From assembly GCF_058153355.1 (NCBI RefSeq), contig NZ_CM177019.1: a DNA stretch of 64,000 nucleotides; one strand, written 5' to 3'. Shown one piece after another: positions 37,323 through 53,303 of this stretch. How positions within the stretch are numbered: position 1 is the stretch's first letter; each line of letters starts with the position of its first letter. The notes below the pieces were generated by a model. The model did no database searches and was not told the DNA's origin. It saw nothing but the letters and a program-made list of their open reading frames with translations. The position numbers and the translations under genes are program-made.

Positions 37323-38765
37323 TTACTCTACCGTTAAAATACGCGTGGTATTAGTAGAACCCACGGTACTCATCACGTCGCCTTGGGTGACAATCACTAG
37401 GTCACCAGACATCAAGTAACCTTTATCACGCAGCAGATTAACCGCTTCGCTGGCAGCTGCTACGCCGTCATTAGCGCTATCAAAGTGCACCGGCGTAACG
37501 CCACGATAGAGAGCAGTCAGATTCAGCGTACGTTCATGGCGCGACATAGCGAAAATCGGCAGACCGGAGCTGATACGGGAGGTCATCAGAGCGGTACGAC
37601 CCGATTCGGTCATAGTGATGATCGCCGTAACGCCTTTCAGGTGGTTAGCCGCGTACATTGCTGACATGGCGATAGCTTCTTCCACATTGTCGAACTGAAC
37701 GTCCAGACGGTGTTTAGAAACGTTGATGCTCGGGATTTTTTCCGCACCCAGGCAAACACGCGCCATGGCTGCAACGGTTTCTGAAGGATACTGACCAGCA
37801 GCAGTTTCTGCAGACAGCATCACAGCGTCAGTACCATCCAGAACGGCGTTTGCTACGTCCATGACTTCTGCACGGGTCGGCATTGGATTAGTAATCATTG
37901 ACTCCATCATCTGGGTCGCAGTGATTACCGCGCGGTTTAACTGACGTGCACGACGGATCAACGCTTTCTGAATGCCGACCAGTTCAGGGTCGCCAATTTC
38001 CACACCGAGGTCGCCACGTGCAACCATTACCACATCAGAGGCGAGGATAATGTCATCCATTGCATCCTGGCTGCAAACGGCTTCCGCACGTTCAACTTTG
38101 GCGACAATTTTTGCATCACAACCTGCGTCGCGAGCCAGGCGGCGTGCATAGTTCAGATCTTCGCCGCAGCGCGGGAAGGAAACAGCCAGATAATCTACGC
38201 CAATCAACGCCGCAGTCTTAATGTCTGCTTTGTCTTTTTCGGTCAGCGCTTCAGCCGACAAACCACCGCCGAGTTTGTTGATACCTTTATTGTTGGAGAG
38301 CGGACCGCCGACGGTCACTTCGGTGAACACTTTCATGCCCTGAACTTCCAGTACTTTTAACTGAACGCGACCATCGTCCAGCAGCAGGATGTCACTAGGC
38401 ACGACGTCAGCAGGCAGGCCTTTGTAGTCGATACCGACTTTTTCTTTATCGCCTTCACCTTTACCCAGGTTGGCGTCGAGCAGGAATTTATCCCCAATAT
38501 TGAGGAAAACTTTGCCTTCTTTAAAGGTGGATACACGGATTTTGGGCCCCTGGAGGTCACCCAGAATAGCCACATGACGCCCCAGTTTTGCGGCAATCTC
38601 ACGAACTTTATCCGCGCGCATTTTGTGATCTTCAGGAGAGCCGTGAGAAAAGTTCATCCGTACAACGTTTGCACCCGCAGCGATAACTTTCTCAAGGTTA
38701 TTATCGCGATCTGTTGCTGGGCCTAACGTGGTAACGATTTTTGTTCTGCGAAGCCTTCTGGACAT
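37323..38765 (-). CDS. pykA: pyruvate kinase II
   Basis: 480-aa product from [17 protein letters not shown]. Confidence 0.95.
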   Translation of the reverse strand: MSRRLRRTKIVTTLGPATDRDNNLEKVIAAGANVVRMNFSHGSPEDHKMRADKVREIAAKLGRHVAILGDLQGPKIRVSTFKEGKVFLNIGDKFLLDANLGKGEGDKEKVGIDYKGLPADVVPSDILLLDDGRVQLKVLEVQGMKVFTEVTVGGPLSNNKGINKLGGGLSAEALTEKDKADIKTAALIGVDYLAVSFPRCGEDLNYARRLARDAGCDAKIVAKVERAEAVCSQDAMDDIILASDVVMVARGDLGVEIGDPELVGIQKALIRRARQLNRAVITATQMMESMITNPMPTRAEVMDVANAVLDGTDAVMLSAETAAGQYPSETVAAMARVCLGAEKIPSINVSKHRLDVQFDNVEEAIAMSAMYAANHLKGVTAIITMTESGRTALMTSRISSGLPIFAMSRHERTLNLTALYRGVTPVHFDSANDGVAAASEAVNLLRDKGYLMSGDLVIVTQGDVMSTVGSTNTTRILTVE

Positions 38766-38892
38766 GTAATACTCCGTTGACTGAAACAACCAGGTGTTGC
38801 TTGAACATGAAATCCGAATGAAATAACGCCGTTATGGCGATAAAGTAATCTCATTCGGATGTCGTATAAGATTAGAACAGTGACAGTCGTTT

Positions 38893-39762
38893 TTAGCGAT
38901 CGTCACTTAAATTAAGTAACTGCTTATCAAAACGCGATTCCTTCAGCGCTTCCTTGACCCGCTTCAAGTTATCTCTGAATTTTGCACCGCGTCGCAAAGT
39001 AAAACCTGTTGCCAGCACATCTATCACGGTCAGCTGTGCAAGTCGAGAAACCATGGGCATATAAATGTCAGTATCTTCCGGTACATCGAGGGTAATTGCT
39101 AGCGTTGCTTCTCGGGCAAGCGGGGTACCCGCAGAGGTGAGGGCAATCACCATGGCGTCGTTTTCCCGTGCCAACTGCGCCAACTCGACCAGATTTTTTG
39201 TTCTTCCAGTGTGAGAAATCAGCACCACCACGTCTCCGTCGCTACAATTCATACAACTCATGCGTTGCAGCACGATATCATCGGAGTACACCACCGGAAC
39301 ATTAAAACGAAAGAACTTATTCATCGCATCGTGGGCAACGGCGGCAGAAGAGCCTAATCCAAAAAACGCGATTTTTTTGGCCTGAGTGAGCAAGTCGACG
39401 GCGCGGTTAACGGCAGATTTATCCAGTGAATGACGGACATGATCGAGCGTCGCCATTGCCGACTCAAATATTTTTCCCGTGTATGATTCAACGCTGTCAT
39501 CTTCATTGACGTTGCGATTAACATAGGGGGTGCCATTCGCCAGACTTTGTGCCAGATGCAGTTTAAAATCAGGAAAACCGCGCGTGTCCATACTGCGACA
39601 GAAACGATTCACCGTCGGTTCACTAACATTGGCCTCCAGCGCCAGAGCAGCAATACTCGAATGGATCGCGTTATCGGGCGAAGCCAGAATGACCTCGGCA
39701 ACTTTGCGCTCTGATTTGCTCAAATGTTCCAGCTGAGACTGGATTTTTTCCAGCATATTCAT
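38893..39762 (-). CDS. hexR: RpiR-family transcriptional regulator HexR
   Basis: N-terminal HTH and C-terminal SIS domain; divergent from zwf. Confidence 0.9.
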   Translation of the reverse strand: MNMLEKIQSQLEHLSKSERKVAEVILASPDNAIHSSIAALALEANVSEPTVNRFCRSMDTRGFPDFKLHLAQSLANGTPYVNRNVNEDDSVESYTGKIFESAMATLDHVRHSLDKSAVNRAVDLLTQAKKIAFFGLGSSAAVAHDAMNKFFRFNVPVVYSDDIVLQRMSCMNCSDGDVVVLISHTGRTKNLVELAQLARENDAMVIALTSAGTPLAREATLAITLDVPEDTDIYMPMVSRLAQLTVIDVLATGFTLRRGAKFRDNLKRVKEALKESRFDKQLLNLSDDR

Positions 39763-40099
39763 GATGTAAAGAGACTCACGGGTAATGACGATTTCCGCAC
39801 TGAAAGAAATCGAAATGCAGTTTTGACAGATATTACGCCTGTGCGCTGTGTTAATGACAAAAGCAGATAAAAAAGTTGTTATTTTTTTTCATAACATGAT
39901 CAGTGTCAGATTTTTACCCAATGGAAAACGATGATTTTTTTATCAGTTTTGCCGCACTTTGCGCGCTTTTACTGTAATCGCACGGGTGGATAAGCGTTTA
40001 CAGTTTTCGCAAGCTCGTAAAAGCAGTACAGTGCACCGTAAGAAAATTACAAGTATACCCTGGCTTAAGTACCGGGTTAGTTAACTTAAGGAGAATGAC

Positions 40100-41575
40100 A
40101 TGGCGGTAACGCAAACAGCCCAGGCCTGTGACCTGGTCATTTTCGGCGCGAAAGGCGACCTTGCGCGTCGTAAATTGCTGCCTTCCCTGTATCAACTGGA
40201 AAAAGCCAGTCAGCTCAACCCGGACACCCGGATTATCGGCGTAGGGCGTGCTGACTGGGATAAAGCGGCTTATACCAAAGTTGTCCGCGAGGCGCTCGAA
40301 ACTTTCATGAAAGAAACCATTGATGAAGGTTTATGGGATACCCTGAGTGCACGTCTGGATTTTTGTAATCTCGATGTCAATGACACAGCTGCATTCAGCC
40401 GTCTCGGTGCGATGCTGGATCAAAAAAATCGTATCACCATTAACTACTTTGCCATGCCGCCCAGCACTTTTGGTGCAATCTGCAAAGGGCTTGGCGAGGC
40501 AAAACTGAATGCTAAACCGGCACGCGTAGTCATGGAGAAACCGCTGGGGACGTCGCTGGCGACCTCGCAGGAAATCAATGATCAGGTTGGCGAATACTTT
40601 GAGGAGTGCCAGGTTTACCGTATCGACCACTATCTTGGTAAAGAAACGGTGCTGAACCTGTTGGCGCTGCGTTTTGCTAACTCCCTGTTTGTGAATAACT
40701 GGGACAATCGCACCATTGATCATGTTGAGATTACCGTGGCAGAAGAAGTGGGGATCGAAGGGCGCTGGGGCTATTTTGATAAAGCCGGTCAGATGCGCGA
40801 CATGATCCAGAACCACCTGCTGCAAATTCTTTGCATGATTGCGATGTCTCCGCCGTCTGACCTGAGTGCAGACAGCATCCGCGATGAAAAAGTGAAAGTA
40901 CTGAAGTCTCTGCGCCGCATTGACCGCTCCAACGTGCGCGAAAAAACCGTACGCGGGCAATATACTGCGGGCTTCGCCCAGGGCAAAAAAGTGCCGGGAT
41001 ATCTGGAAGAAGAGGGCGCGAACAAGAGCAGCAATACGGAAACCTTCGTGGCGATTCGCGTCGATATTGATAACTGGCGCTGGGCCGGTGTGCCATTCTA
41101 CCTGCGTACTGGTAAACGTCTGCCGACCAAATGTTCTGAAGTTGTGGTCTATTTCAAAACACCTGAACTGAATCTGTTCAAAGAGTCGTGGCAGGATTTG
41201 CCTCAGAATAAACTGACTATCCGTCTACAACCTGATGAAGGCGTGGATATCCAGGTACTGAATAAAGTTCCTGGCCTTGACCACAAACATAACCTGCAAA
41301 TCACCAAGCTGGATTTGAGCTATTCAGAAACCTTTAATCAGACGCATTTAGCAGATGCCTATGAACGTCTGCTGCTGGAAACCATGCGCGGTATTCAGGC
41401 ACTGTTTGTACGTCGTGATGAAGTAGAAGAAGCCTGGAAATGGGTGGACTCCATTACTGAGGCGTGGGCGATGGACAATGATGCGCCGAAACCGTATCAG
41501 GCCGGAACCTGGGGACCGGTTGCCTCGGTGGCGATGATTACTCGTGATGGCCGTTCCTGGAATGAGTTTGAGTAA
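40100..41575 (+). CDS. zwf: glucose-6-phosphate 1-dehydrogenase
   Basis: 491 aa with RIDHYLGKE motif. Confidence 0.95.
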   Translation: MAVTQTAQACDLVIFGAKGDLARRKLLPSLYQLEKASQLNPDTRIIGVGRADWDKAAYTKVVREALETFMKETIDEGLWDTLSARLDFCNLDVNDTAAFSRLGAMLDQKNRITINYFAMPPSTFGAICKGLGEAKLNAKPARVVMEKPLGTSLATSQEINDQVGEYFEECQVYRIDHYLGKETVLNLLALRFANSLFVNNWDNRTIDHVEITVAEEVGIEGRWGYFDKAGQMRDMIQNHLLQILCMIAMSPPSDLSADSIRDEKVKVLKSLRRIDRSNVREKTVRGQYTAGFAQGKKVPGYLEEEGANKSSNTETFVAIRVDIDNWRWAGVPFYLRTGKRLPTKCSEVVVYFKTPELNLFKESWQDLPQNKLTIRLQPDEGVDIQVLNKVPGLDHKHNLQITKLDLSYSETFNQTHLADAYERLLLETMRGIQALFVRRDEVEEAWKWVDSITEAWAMDNDAPKPYQAGTWGPVASVAMITRDGRSWNEFE

Positions 41576-41653
41576 TATCTGCACTCATCCTTTATGGTTA
41601 TTTTACCGGTAACATGATCTTGCACAGATTGTAGAACAATTTTTACACTTTCA

Positions 41654-41688
41654 GGCCTCGTGTGGATTCACCCACGAGGCTTTTTTTA
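41654..41688 (+). terminator. rho-independent terminator after zwf
   Basis: GCCTCGTG...CACGAGGC hairpin followed by TTTTTTT. Confidence 0.6.
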
Positions 41689-41809
41689 TTACACTGACTG
41701 AAACGTTTTTGCCCTATGAGCTCCGGTTACAGGCGTTTCAGTCATAAATCCTCTGAATGAAACGCGTTGTGAATCATCCTGCTCTGACAACTCAATTTCA
41801 GGAGCCTTT

Positions 41810-43621
41810 ATGAATCCACAATTGTTACGCGTAACAAATCGAATCATTGAACGTTCGCGCGAGACTCGCTCTGCTTACCTCGCCCGGATAGAACAAGCGA
41901 AAACTTCGACCGTTCATCGTTCGCAGTTGGCATGTGGTAACCTGGCACACGGTTTCGCTGCCTGCCAGCCAGAAGACAAAGCCTCTTTGAAAAGCATGTT
42001 GCGTAACAATATCGCCATCATCACTTCCTATAACGACATGCTCTCCGCACACCAGCCTTATGAACACTATCCAGAAATCATTCGTAAAGCCCTGCATGAA
42101 GCGAATGCGGTTGGTCAGGTTGCGGGCGGTGTTCCGGCGATGTGTGATGGTGTCACCCAGGGGCAGGATGGAATGGAATTGTCGCTGTTAAGCCGCGAAG
42201 TGATTGCGATGTCTGCGGCGGTGGGGCTGTCCCATAACATGTTTGATGGTGCGCTGTTCCTCGGTGTGTGCGACAAGATTGTCCCGGGTCTGACGATGGC
42301 AGCCCTGTCGTTTGGGCATTTGCCTGCGGTGTTTGTGCCGTCAGGTCCGATGGCAAGCGGTTTGCCAAATAAAGAAAAAGTGCGGATTCGCCAGCTTTAT
42401 GCTGAAGGTAAAGTGGACCGCATGGCGCTGCTGGAGTCAGAAGCTGCGTCTTATCATGCTCCAGGGACATGTACTTTCTACGGTACCGCCAATACGAATC
42501 AGATGGTGGTGGAGTTTATGGGGATGCAGTTGCCGGGCTCTTCTTTTGTTCATCCGGATTCTCCGCTGCGCGATGCTTTGACCGCTGCCGCTGCGCGCCA
42601 GGTTACACGCATGACCGGCAATGGTAATGAATGGATGCCGATCGGTAAGATGATCGATGAGAAAGTGGTGGTGAACGGTATCGTTGCACTGCTGGCGACC
42701 GGTGGTTCCACTAACCACACCATGCACCTGGTGGCGATGGCGCGCGCGGCTGGTATTCAGATTAACTGGGATGACTTCTCTGACCTTTCTGATGTTGTAC
42801 CGCTGATGGCACGTCTCTACCCGAACGGTCCGGCCGATATTAACCACTTCCAGGCGGCAGGTGGCGTACCGGTTCTGGTGCGTGAACTGCTCAAAGCAGG
42901 CCTGCTGCATGAAGATGTCAATACGGTGGCAGGCTTTGGTCTGTCTCGTTATACCCTTGAACCATGGCTGAATAATGGTGAACTGGACTGGCGGGAAGGG
43001 GCGGAAAAATCACTCGACAGCAATGTGATCGCTTCCTTCGAACAACCTTTCTCTCATCATGGTGGGACAAAAGTGTTAAGCGGTAACCTGGGCCGCGCGG
43101 TTATGAAAACCTCTGCCGTGCCGGTTGAGAACCAGGTGATTGAAGCGCCTGCGGTTGTTTTTGAAAGCCAGCATGACGTTATGCCGGCCTTTGAAGCGGG
43201 TTTGCTGGACCGCGATTGTGTCGTTGTTGTCCGTCATCAGGGGCCAAAAGCGAACGGAATGCCAGAATTACATAAACTCATGCCGCCACTTGGTGTATTA
43301 TTGGACCGGTGTTTCAAAATTGCGTTAGTTACCGATGGACGACTCTCCGGCGCTTCAGGTAAAGTGCCGTCAGCTATCCACGTAACACCAGAAGCCTACG
43401 ATGGCGGGCTGCTGGCAAAAGTGCGCGACGGGGACATCATTCGTGTGAATGGACAGACAGGCGAACTGACGCTGCTGGTAGACGAAGCGGAACTGGCTGC
43501 TCGCGAACCACACATTCCTGACCTGAGCGCGTCACGCGTGGGAACAGGACGTGAATTATTCAGCGCCTTGCGCGAAAAACTGTCCGGTGCCGAACAGGGC
43601 GCAACCTGTATCACTTTTTAA
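41810..43621 (+). CDS. edd: phosphogluconate dehydratase
   Basis: 603-aa ILVD/EDD-family product. Confidence 0.95.
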   Translation: MNPQLLRVTNRIIERSRETRSAYLARIEQAKTSTVHRSQLACGNLAHGFAACQPEDKASLKSMLRNNIAIITSYNDMLSAHQPYEHYPEIIRKALHEANAVGQVAGGVPAMCDGVTQGQDGMELSLLSREVIAMSAAVGLSHNMFDGALFLGVCDKIVPGLTMAALSFGHLPAVFVPSGPMASGLPNKEKVRIRQLYAEGKVDRMALLESEAASYHAPGTCTFYGTANTNQMVVEFMGMQLPGSSFVHPDSPLRDALTAAAARQVTRMTGNGNEWMPIGKMIDEKVVVNGIVALLATGGSTNHTMHLVAMARAAGIQINWDDFSDLSDVVPLMARLYPNGPADINHFQAAGGVPVLVRELLKAGLLHEDVNTVAGFGLSRYTLEPWLNNGELDWREGAEKSLDSNVIASFEQPFSHHGGTKVLSGNLGRAVMKTSAVPVENQVIEAPAVVFESQHDVMPAFEAGLLDRDCVVVVRHQGPKANGMPELHKLMPPLGVLLDRCFKIALVTDGRLSGASGKVPSAIHVTPEAYDGGLLAKVRDGDIIRVNGQTGELTLLVDEAELAAREPHIPDLSASRVGTGRELFSALREKLSGAEQGATCITF

Positions 43622-43657
43622 GACGACAAATTTGTAATCAGGCGAGAGAAAACTCTG

Positions 43658-44299
43658 ATGAAAAACTGGAAAACAAGTGCAGAATCAATCCTGACCACCG
43701 GCCCGGTTGTACCGGTTATCGTGGTAAAAAAACTGGAACACGCGGTGCCGATGGCAAAAGCGTTGGTTGCTGGTGGGGTGCGCGTTCTGGAAGTGACTCT
43801 GCGTACCGAGTGTGCAGTTGACGCTATCCGTGCTATTGCCAAAGAAGTGCCTGAAGCGATTGTGGGTGCCGGTACGGTGCTGAATCCACAGCAGCTTGCA
43901 GAAGTCACCGAAGCGGGTGCACAGTTCGCAATTAGCCCGGGTCTGATCGAGCCGCTGCTGAAAGCTGCTACCGAAGGGACTATTCCTCTGATTCCGGGGA
44001 TCAGCACTGTTTCCGAACTGATGCTGGGTATGGACTACGGTTTGAAAGAGTTCAAATTCTTCCCGGCTGAAGCTAACGGCGGCGTGAAAGCCCTGCAGGC
44101 GATCGCGGGTCCGTTCTCCCAGGTCCGTTTCTGCCCGACAGGTGGTATTTCTCCGGCTAACTACCGTGACTACCTGGCGCTGAAAAGCGTGCTCTGCATC
44201 GGTGGTTCCTGGCTGGTTCCGGCAGATGCGCTGGAAGCGGGCGATTACGACCGCATTACTAAGCTGGCGCGTGAAGCTGTAGAAGGCGCTAAGCTATAA
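43658..44299 (+). CDS. eda: KDPG/KHG aldolase
   Basis: 213-aa product. Confidence 0.95.
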   Translation: MKNWKTSAESILTTGPVVPVIVVKKLEHAVPMAKALVAGGVRVLEVTLRTECAVDAIRAIAKEVPEAIVGAGTVLNPQQLAEVTEAGAQFAISPGLIEPLLKAATEGTIPLIPGISTVSELMLGMDYGLKEFKFFPAEANGGVKALQAIAGPFSQVRFCPTGGISPANYRDYLALKSVLCIGGSWLVPADALEAGDYDRITKLAREAVEGAKL

Positions 44300-44303
44300 A
44301 AGT

Positions 44304-44336
44304 CAAAATGCCCGATCGTGAATCGGGCATTTTTGT
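44304..44336. terminator. bidirectional terminator between eda and purT
   Basis: ATGCCCGAT-CGTGA-ATCGGGCAT hairpin flanked by an A-run and a T-run. Confidence 0.6.
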
Positions 44337-44353
44337 AGCGTTTTTCGCCGGGG

Positions 44354-45532
44354 TTAAGCTTGTACTTTTACCTGTGCTGCGGCGTGCTTTGCGCGCTCAA
44401 TCGCTTCATCAACGCTCTCAGCGGTCGCCAGCGCTACACCCAGACGACGGCTGCCATCAATTTCCGGCTTACCAAATAAACGAATCTGCAAACCTGCCCC
44501 TACGGCATTCTGCACATTATCAAACGTGACATTCTGACTGGTCAGTTGTGGCAGGATAACGGCAGAAGCTGCAGGGCCATACTGGCGGATCCCGCCAACC
44601 GGAAGTCCGAGGAAAGCACGCACATGCAGGGCAAATTCCGAGAGATCCTGAGAAATTAACGTCACCATCCCGGTATCATGTGGGCGAGGGGAGACCTCAC
44701 TGAAAATCACCTCATCACCACAGACAAACAGCTCGACACCAAACAGCCCATAACCGCCCAGTGCCAGCACCACTTTACGGGCAATCTCTTGCGCACGTTC
44801 CAAAGCCAGCTGGCTCATTTGCTGTGGTTGCCAGGATTCACGATAGTCGCCATCTTCCTGGCGATGACCTACCGGTGCACAGAAATGGACGCCATCCACC
44901 GCGCTGACGGTTAGCAGGGTAATTTCGAAATCAAACTTAACGACGCCTTCAACAATTACGCGGCCCGCTCCGGCGCGTCCACCTTGCTGAGCGTATTCCC
45001 ACGCATGTGTAAGCTGCTCGGCGGAACGAATAAACGTCTGCCCTTTGCCGGAAGAGCTCATTACCGGTTTAACTATGCAGGGATAGCCAATAGCGGCAAC
45101 TGCTTCGCGGAAAAGACTTTCGCTATCGGCAAAACGATAAGTTGAAGTGGGTAGCTGCAGTTCTTCTGCCGCCAGGCGACGGATACCCTCGCGATTCATC
45201 GTTAATTTCGTTGCGCGAGCGCAGGGGACAACATTCCGTCCTTCCTTTTCAAGCTGGATCAGCATATCGGTGGCAATAGCTTCGATCTCCGGCACGATAT
45301 AATGTGGTTTTTCCAGTTCAACCACACGGCGTAATGCATCACCATCAAGCATATTAATGACATGGGAGCGATGCGCGACATGCATAGCTGGCGCGTCGGT
45401 ATAGCGATCGACGGCAATCACCTCTACGCCGAGACGCTGACACTCGATGGCCACTTCTTTACCCAGTTCACCGGAGCCTAATAACATCACGCGAGTTGCT
45501 GCCGGACGCAGCGCAGTGCCTAATAACGTCAT
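44354..45532 (-). CDS. purT: formate-dependent GAR transformylase
   Basis: 392-aa ATP-grasp product. Confidence 0.95.
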   Translation of the reverse strand: MTLLGTALRPAATRVMLLGSGELGKEVAIECQRLGVEVIAVDRYTDAPAMHVAHRSHVINMLDGDALRRVVELEKPHYIVPEIEAIATDMLIQLEKEGRNVVPCARATKLTMNREGIRRLAAEELQLPTSTYRFADSESLFREAVAAIGYPCIVKPVMSSSGKGQTFIRSAEQLTHAWEYAQQGGRAGAGRVIVEGVVKFDFEITLLTVSAVDGVHFCAPVGHRQEDGDYRESWQPQQMSQLALERAQEIARKVVLALGGYGLFGVELFVCGDEVIFSEVSPRPHDTGMVTLISQDLSEFALHVRAFLGLPVGGIRQYGPAASAVILPQLTSQNVTFDNVQNAVGAGLQIRLFGKPEIDGSRRLGVALATAESVDEAIERAKHAAAQVKVQA

Positions 45533-45630
45533 AACGAATATCCCCTGATTAATTCCGCGCGCAGTATAAACGAAAACGTTTGCGCGTGTCTTTATTGTTG
45601 ATGTTGATTTCCCAATCGAGAAGAAATATA

Positions 45631-45646
45631 CTGTATAAAATCACAG
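45631..45646 (+). promoter_or_regulatory. LexA box upstream of yebG
   Basis: CTGTATAAAATCACAG, 20 bp upstream of the yebG start. Confidence 0.7.
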
Positions 45647-45665
45647 TTATTATGAGAGGCTGCAA

Positions 45666-45956
45666 ATGGCGGTTGAAGTTAAATACGTAGTCATTCGTGA
45701 GGGCGAAGAGAAAATGTCGTTTACCAGCAAAAAGGAAGCCGATGCTTATGACAAAATGCTTGATACGGCGGATCTGCTTGACACCTGGCTGACAAATTCT
45801 CCAGTGCAAATGGAAGACGAGCAACGTGAAGCCCTTTCGCTATGGCTGGCAGAACAAAAAGATGTGCTGAGCACCATTCTGAAAACCGGCAAATTACCGT
45901 CCCCACAGGTCGTCGGTGCTGAATCCGAAGAGGAAGATGCCTCACACGCGGCCTGA
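45666..45956 (+). CDS. yebG: DNA damage-inducible protein YebG
   Basis: 96-aa product with a LexA box upstream. Confidence 0.85.
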   Translation: MAVEVKYVVIREGEEKMSFTSKKEADAYDKMLDTADLLDTWLTNSPVQMEDEQREALSLWLAEQKDVLSTILKTGKLPSPQVVGAESEEEDASHAA

Positions 45957-45974
45957 AGCAACTTGCGCTCCTGA

Positions 45975-46379
<405 letters not shown>

Positions 46380-46705
46380 TGGCCTCTGATAATTCGATTG
46401 ACCGTCGGCGGATGCGGCGCGAGTGCCTGGTCCGCCCTATAAGGCACTTCAATCGTAGGCCTGGGAAGACGCAACAGCGTCGCATCGGGCAATCAGCATC
46501 AAACAATGCCACTCAAAACGTCAAATTACGTTCACCTAAAATACCCTTATCACCTGATATACAGTGAACACCTTACCTGGCGCGAATTTCTTTGAATAAC
46601 GGCCTGCCGACCCGCTTATTTGCGCATCTTTTGTCTCGATATACATTTTCTGACATCCTCATCCGCTATGCTACAGGCACTAAAAATGGTTATTGAGGAG
46701 CAAAT

Positions 46706-47365
46706 ATGGCTAACTGGTTAAATCAACTGCAATCCCTGCTTGGGCAAAGCAGTTCTTCTACCTCCTCGTCTGCGGATCAGGGATTGGGCAAACTTTTAGT
46801 GCCTGGCGCATTAGGCGGACTGGCTGGGCTGCTGGTCGCAAATAAATCAGCACGTAAACTTCTTACGAAATATGGCACCAACGCGTTGCTGCTTGGCGGC
46901 GGAGCGGTAGCGGGTACGGTGCTGTGGAATAAATACAAAGATAAAATTCGCGCGGCGCATCAGGACGAACCGCAGTTTGGCGCGCAAAGTACGCCGCTGG
47001 ATGAGCGTACGGCACGTTTGATCCTTGCGCTGGTCTTTGCCGCTAAAAGTGATGGTCATATTGATGCCAGAGAACGTGCGGCAATCGACCAGCAATTGCG
47101 TGAAGCCGGCGTGGAAGAGCAGGGGCGTTTACTCATTGAGCAGGCAATCGAACAACCGCTGGATCCACAACGCCTGGCTACCGGGGTCCGCAATGAAGAA
47201 GAGGCGCTGGAAATCTATTTCCTGAGCTGCGCGGCTATTGATATTGACCATTTTATGGAACGCAGTTACCTGAATGCACTGGGTGACGCGCTGAAAATCC
47301 CCCAGGACGTTCGTGACGGCATTGAACGAGATCTCGAACAGCAAAAACGCACTTTGGCGGAATAA
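46706..47365 (+). CDS. yebE: inner membrane protein YebE (DUF533)
   Basis: 219-aa ORF at the expected position. Confidence 0.8.
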   Translation: MANWLNQLQSLLGQSSSSTSSSADQGLGKLLVPGALGGLAGLLVANKSARKLLTKYGTNALLLGGGAVAGTVLWNKYKDKIRAAHQDEPQFGAQSTPLDERTARLILALVFAAKSDGHIDARERAAIDQQLREAGVEEQGRLLIEQAIEQPLDPQRLATGVRNEEEALEIYFLSCAAIDIDHFMERSYLNALGDALKIPQDVRDGIERDLEQQKRTLAE

Positions 47366-47544
47366 TTCCGCTCTGGATAGCCTGAAGTTGACTATTTCGG
47401 GCTATCCAGAACCGCACAGCCATTTGAGCAGGCTGATTTTCTCTGTCTGCATAACATTCGATATCCGCGCCATTACCTGTCATCATCTAAGCAATGACTA
47501 CCCTGTTTCGCTTGCATCCCCGGTGAGTTTTGCCACCCTTATAA

Positions 47545-50288
<2,744 letters not shown>

Positions 50289-50311
50289 GGCATGCTCCAG
50301 GCCGAAAAAGC

Positions 50312-50968
50312 CTAGCGTAATGGAATGATATCGCCTTGCCAACCCTGTGATGAACGCTGACCGACTAACAATAATGAACCACGATCGGCGCGAACGATGA
50401 GACGACCATGTTCATCCCATAGTGCACTGTTACCACGGGCATTTGCCATCAGCACGGCAATTGAGTACTGATGTGAAAAAAATTGTAAGCGGCGGGTCGA
50501 CGCCAGCAGGTCGGGTTCCCCCAGACATTGCCCTGTCGTAAATAGTGAACAGGTCGGATCCATATCCATACCTTGCGGTTGTTCATCGACCACCGTGATG
50601 GTTCTGGAACGACGGCCCAGACATGCACCATGACTCTGATGGTAGATCCCTGGCGTTTTTCGCCACGGTGCGAACACCGCAATTCCACGAATAAAGCGAT
50701 CGTTATATTCAACGGGAAGGCCGGCAATGATGGTCATTCGCCAGGTCGTTGCAGCATAACAAAGCGGGTCTAACAGCGAGAGATCGGGTGGGGCAGGAAG
50801 GGCACGTCGCGAATAATCACACCCCAGTAAAGAAAGCGATGGAAAAACTAACAGCTGACATTGTAGCCTGGCGGCGGCCCTCACAAACTCCAGATGATGA
50901 GCTACCTGTTCGGTCAGTGAGGTTTTACGAGGCTCATATTGCGCTGCTGCAACTTTCCAGAACGACAT
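50312..50968 (-). CDS. yobB: carbon-nitrogen hydrolase family protein YobB
   Basis: 218-aa ORF at the expected position. Confidence 0.8.
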   Translation of the reverse strand: MSFWKVAAAQYEPRKTSLTEQVAHHLEFVRAAARLQCQLLVFPSLSLLGCDYSRRALPAPPDLSLLDPLCYAATTWRMTIIAGLPVEYNDRFIRGIAVFAPWRKTPGIYHQSHGACLGRRSRTITVVDEQPQGMDMDPTCSLFTTGQCLGEPDLLASTRRLQFFSHQYSIAVLMANARGNSALWDEHGRLIVRADRGSLLLVGQRSSQGWQGDIIPLR

Positions 50969-51069
50969 AATGACTTCCTTTTCAAAATGACTGCAAATTA
51001 TGGGTGCGGTTTAGAAAATACTCATAATTTAGCAGGCGTTATGTAAGAAAGTGTAACTCTGTATAAGTT

Positions 51070-51300
51070 TTATTTAAGTTTGGGCTCGTAAGGTAAACGT
51101 GACAGATTGACCGAAGCCAAACGGTGGGCGATAAGCCGCTCGTGAAACCAGCTGCGCAAATGTTCAGGCTGTTCACGTTCAACCGCTTCAGCGATCACCG
51201 GCATATTGTAGCGTTCTTTAAATGCCACCCCGGCTGCCGCCAAATCGACATTCACTTTATCCATTTCTGTTTGATCCAGTTTAGCCAGATTCTTCAGCAT
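51070..51300 (-). CDS. holE: DNA polymerase III theta subunit
   Basis: 76-aa product [31 protein letters not shown]. Confidence 0.85.
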   Translation of the reverse strand: MLKNLAKLDQTEMDKVNVDLAAAGVAFKERYNMPVIAEAVEREQPEHLRSWFHERLIAHRLASVNLSRLPYEPKLK

Positions 51301-51438
51301 TCTTAATCTCCTCATCATTCGCGGGCAAAAGTTACTAAGAGTGAGCCTAGATGGCAAGCCGGAATTGATGATCCTCGACTCAGACATTAGACAAGGTTAT
51401 GCTCTGTAAAAAAGTTATTACAAAAAGGAATAGATAAT

Positions 51439-51813
51439 ATGACTTCAACTGCACGCTCCCTTCGCTACGCGCTGGCAATCCTGACCACTACGTTGGTGAC
51501 ACCTTCCGTCTGGGCACATGCGCATTTAACGCATCAGTATCCTGCGGCAAACGCGCAAGTGACAGCTGCCCCGCAGGCAATCACTTTAAACTTCTCGGAA
51601 GGCGTTGAAACAGGATTCAGTGGTGCAAAAATCACGGGGCCAAAAAACGAAAATATTAAAACATTACCGGCGAAGCGGAATGAGCAGGACCAAAAGCAAC
51701 TGATTGTTCCACTGGCCGATTCGCTGAAACCCGGAACCTACACCGTTGACTGGCATGTTGTTTCGGTGGACGGGCATAAAACGAAAGGACACTACACCTT
51801 TAGCGTGAAATAA
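51439..51813 (+). CDS. yobA: copper resistance protein CopC homologue (YobA)
   Basis: Signal peptide and CopC-like fold; 124 aa. Confidence 0.85.
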   Translation: MTSTARSLRYALAILTTTLVTPSVWAHAHLTHQYPAANAQVTAAPQAITLNFSEGVETGFSGAKITGPKNENIKTLPAKRNEQDQKQLIVPLADSLKPGTYTVDWHVVSVDGHKTKGHYTFSVK

Positions 51814-51816
51814 ATC

Positions 51817-52689
51817 ATGCTGGCGTTTACCTGGATCGCGCTGCGATTTATCCATTTCACCTCGCTGATGCTGGTTTTTGGCTTCGCAATGTACGGTGCC
51901 TGGCTGGCCCCCTTAACGATTCGTCGCTTGCTGACGAAGCGTTTTCTGCGTTTACAACAGCACGCTGCCGTCTGGAGTTTGATCAGTGCCACTGCAATGC
52001 TCGCCGTTCAGGGCGGGTTGATGGGAACGGGATGGTCAGATGTATTTTCGCCAAACATTTGGCTGGCTGTTTTGCAAACGCAGTTTGGTGGCGTCTGGTT
52101 ATGGCAAACTGTTCTCGCCCTCGTAACGTTGATCGTCGCCCTTATGCAACCGCGTAATATGCCACGTTTGCTGTTTATGCTCACTACCGCGCAATTTATT
52201 CTGCTGGCGGGAGTCGGGCATGCGACGCTGAATGAAGGGGTAACGGCGAAAATCCATCAGACTAATCACGCGATTCACCTGATCTGTGCGGCGGCGTGGT
52301 TTGGAGGATTACTGCCGGTGCTCTGGTGTATGCAACTCATCAAAGGCTGTTGGCGACACCAGGCTATTCAGGCGCTGATGCGTTTTTCCTGGTGCGGGCA
52401 TTTTGCGGTGATCGGCGTACTGGCAAGCGGCGTGCTTAATGCATTGTTGATTACCAGATTTCCCCGCACGCTTACGACTTACTGGGGCCAACTCTTATTG
52501 CTCAAAGCCATCCTGGTGATGATTATGGTGGTCATCGCGCTGGCTAATCGTTATGTTCTTGTACCGCGCATGAGGCAGGATGAAGATCGTGCGGCTCCCT
52601 GGTTTGTGTGGATGACTAAACTCGAATGGGCGATAGGTGCGGTAGTGCTGGTGATCATCAGCCTGCTTGCGACTCTCGAACCTTTTTGA
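51817..52689 (+). CDS. yebZ: CopD-family inner membrane protein (YebZ)
   Basis: 290-aa polytopic membrane protein directly after yobA. Confidence 0.85.
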   Translation: MLAFTWIALRFIHFTSLMLVFGFAMYGAWLAPLTIRRLLTKRFLRLQQHAAVWSLISATAMLAVQGGLMGTGWSDVFSPNIWLAVLQTQFGGVWLWQTVLALVTLIVALMQPRNMPRLLFMLTTAQFILLAGVGHATLNEGVTAKIHQTNHAIHLICAAAWFGGLLPVLWCMQLIKGCWRHQAIQALMRFSWCGHFAVIGVLASGVLNALLITRFPRTLTTYWGQLLLLKAILVMIMVVIALANRYVLVPRMRQDEDRAAPWFVWMTKLEWAIGAVVLVIISLLATLEPF

Positions 52690-52701
52690 TGGATTACGAA
52701 A

Positions 52702-53043
52702 ATGATGAAAAAAAGTATTCTGGCGTTTCTGTTACTCACCAGTTCTGCAGCGGCGCTGGCGGCACCGCAGGTGATTACCGTCAGTCGTTTTGAAGTGGGT
52801 AAAGACAAATGGGCATTTAACCGCGAAGAGGTGATGCTGACATGCCGACCGGGCCATGCGTTGTATGTTATTAATCCGAGTACCCTCGTGCAGTATCCTT
52901 TGAACGATATCGCACAAAAGGAAGTCGCCAGCGGGAAGACCAATGCCCAGCCCATTTCGGTGATTCAGATTGATGATCCTAACAATCCAGGTGAAAAAAT
53001 GAGTCTGGCACCGTTTATAGAGCGAGCTGAAAAACTCTGTTAA
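52702..53043 (+). CDS. yebY: DUF2511 protein YebY
   Basis: 113-aa secreted protein. Confidence 0.8.
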   Translation: MMKKSILAFLLLTSSAAALAAPQVITVSRFEVGKDKWAFNREEVMLTCRPGHALYVINPSTLVQYPLNDIAQKEVASGKTNAQPISVIQIDDPNNPGEKMSLAPFIERAEKLC

Positions 53044-53071
53044 TTACCTAAAATAGCCTTTTGATTTCCAA

Positions 53072-53114
53072 TAAAAAACCGCCTCAGTTCTTTCACCAGA
53101 ACAGGCGGTTTTTA
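53072..53114. terminator. bidirectional terminator (yebY on plus strand, ryeA on minus strand)
   Basis: A-run, CCGCCT...AGGCGG hairpin, T-run. Confidence 0.55.
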
Positions 53115-53200
53115 ACATTCAAGCTGATGACCACCACGCTTTTTATTGACCATTTTGCACGCAAACTGGAAAACCTGGCGTCGTCATCTATTCTTAAAGG

Positions 53201-53303
53201 GCAAGGCAACTAAGCCCTGCATTAATGCCAACTTTTAGCGCACGGCTCTCTCCCAAGAGCCATTTCCCTGGACCGAATACAGGAATCGTATTCGGTCTTT
53301 TTT
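53201..53303 (+). ncRNA. sdsR: small RNA SdsR (RyeB)
   Basis: Sequence from GCAAGGCAACTAAGCC to the CCGAATAC...GTATTCGG hairpin and T-run matches my recollection of SdsR. Confidence 0.75.

Noticed and set aside
40331-40960. 209-aa ORF on the minus strand
   Set aside because: Antisense to zwf.
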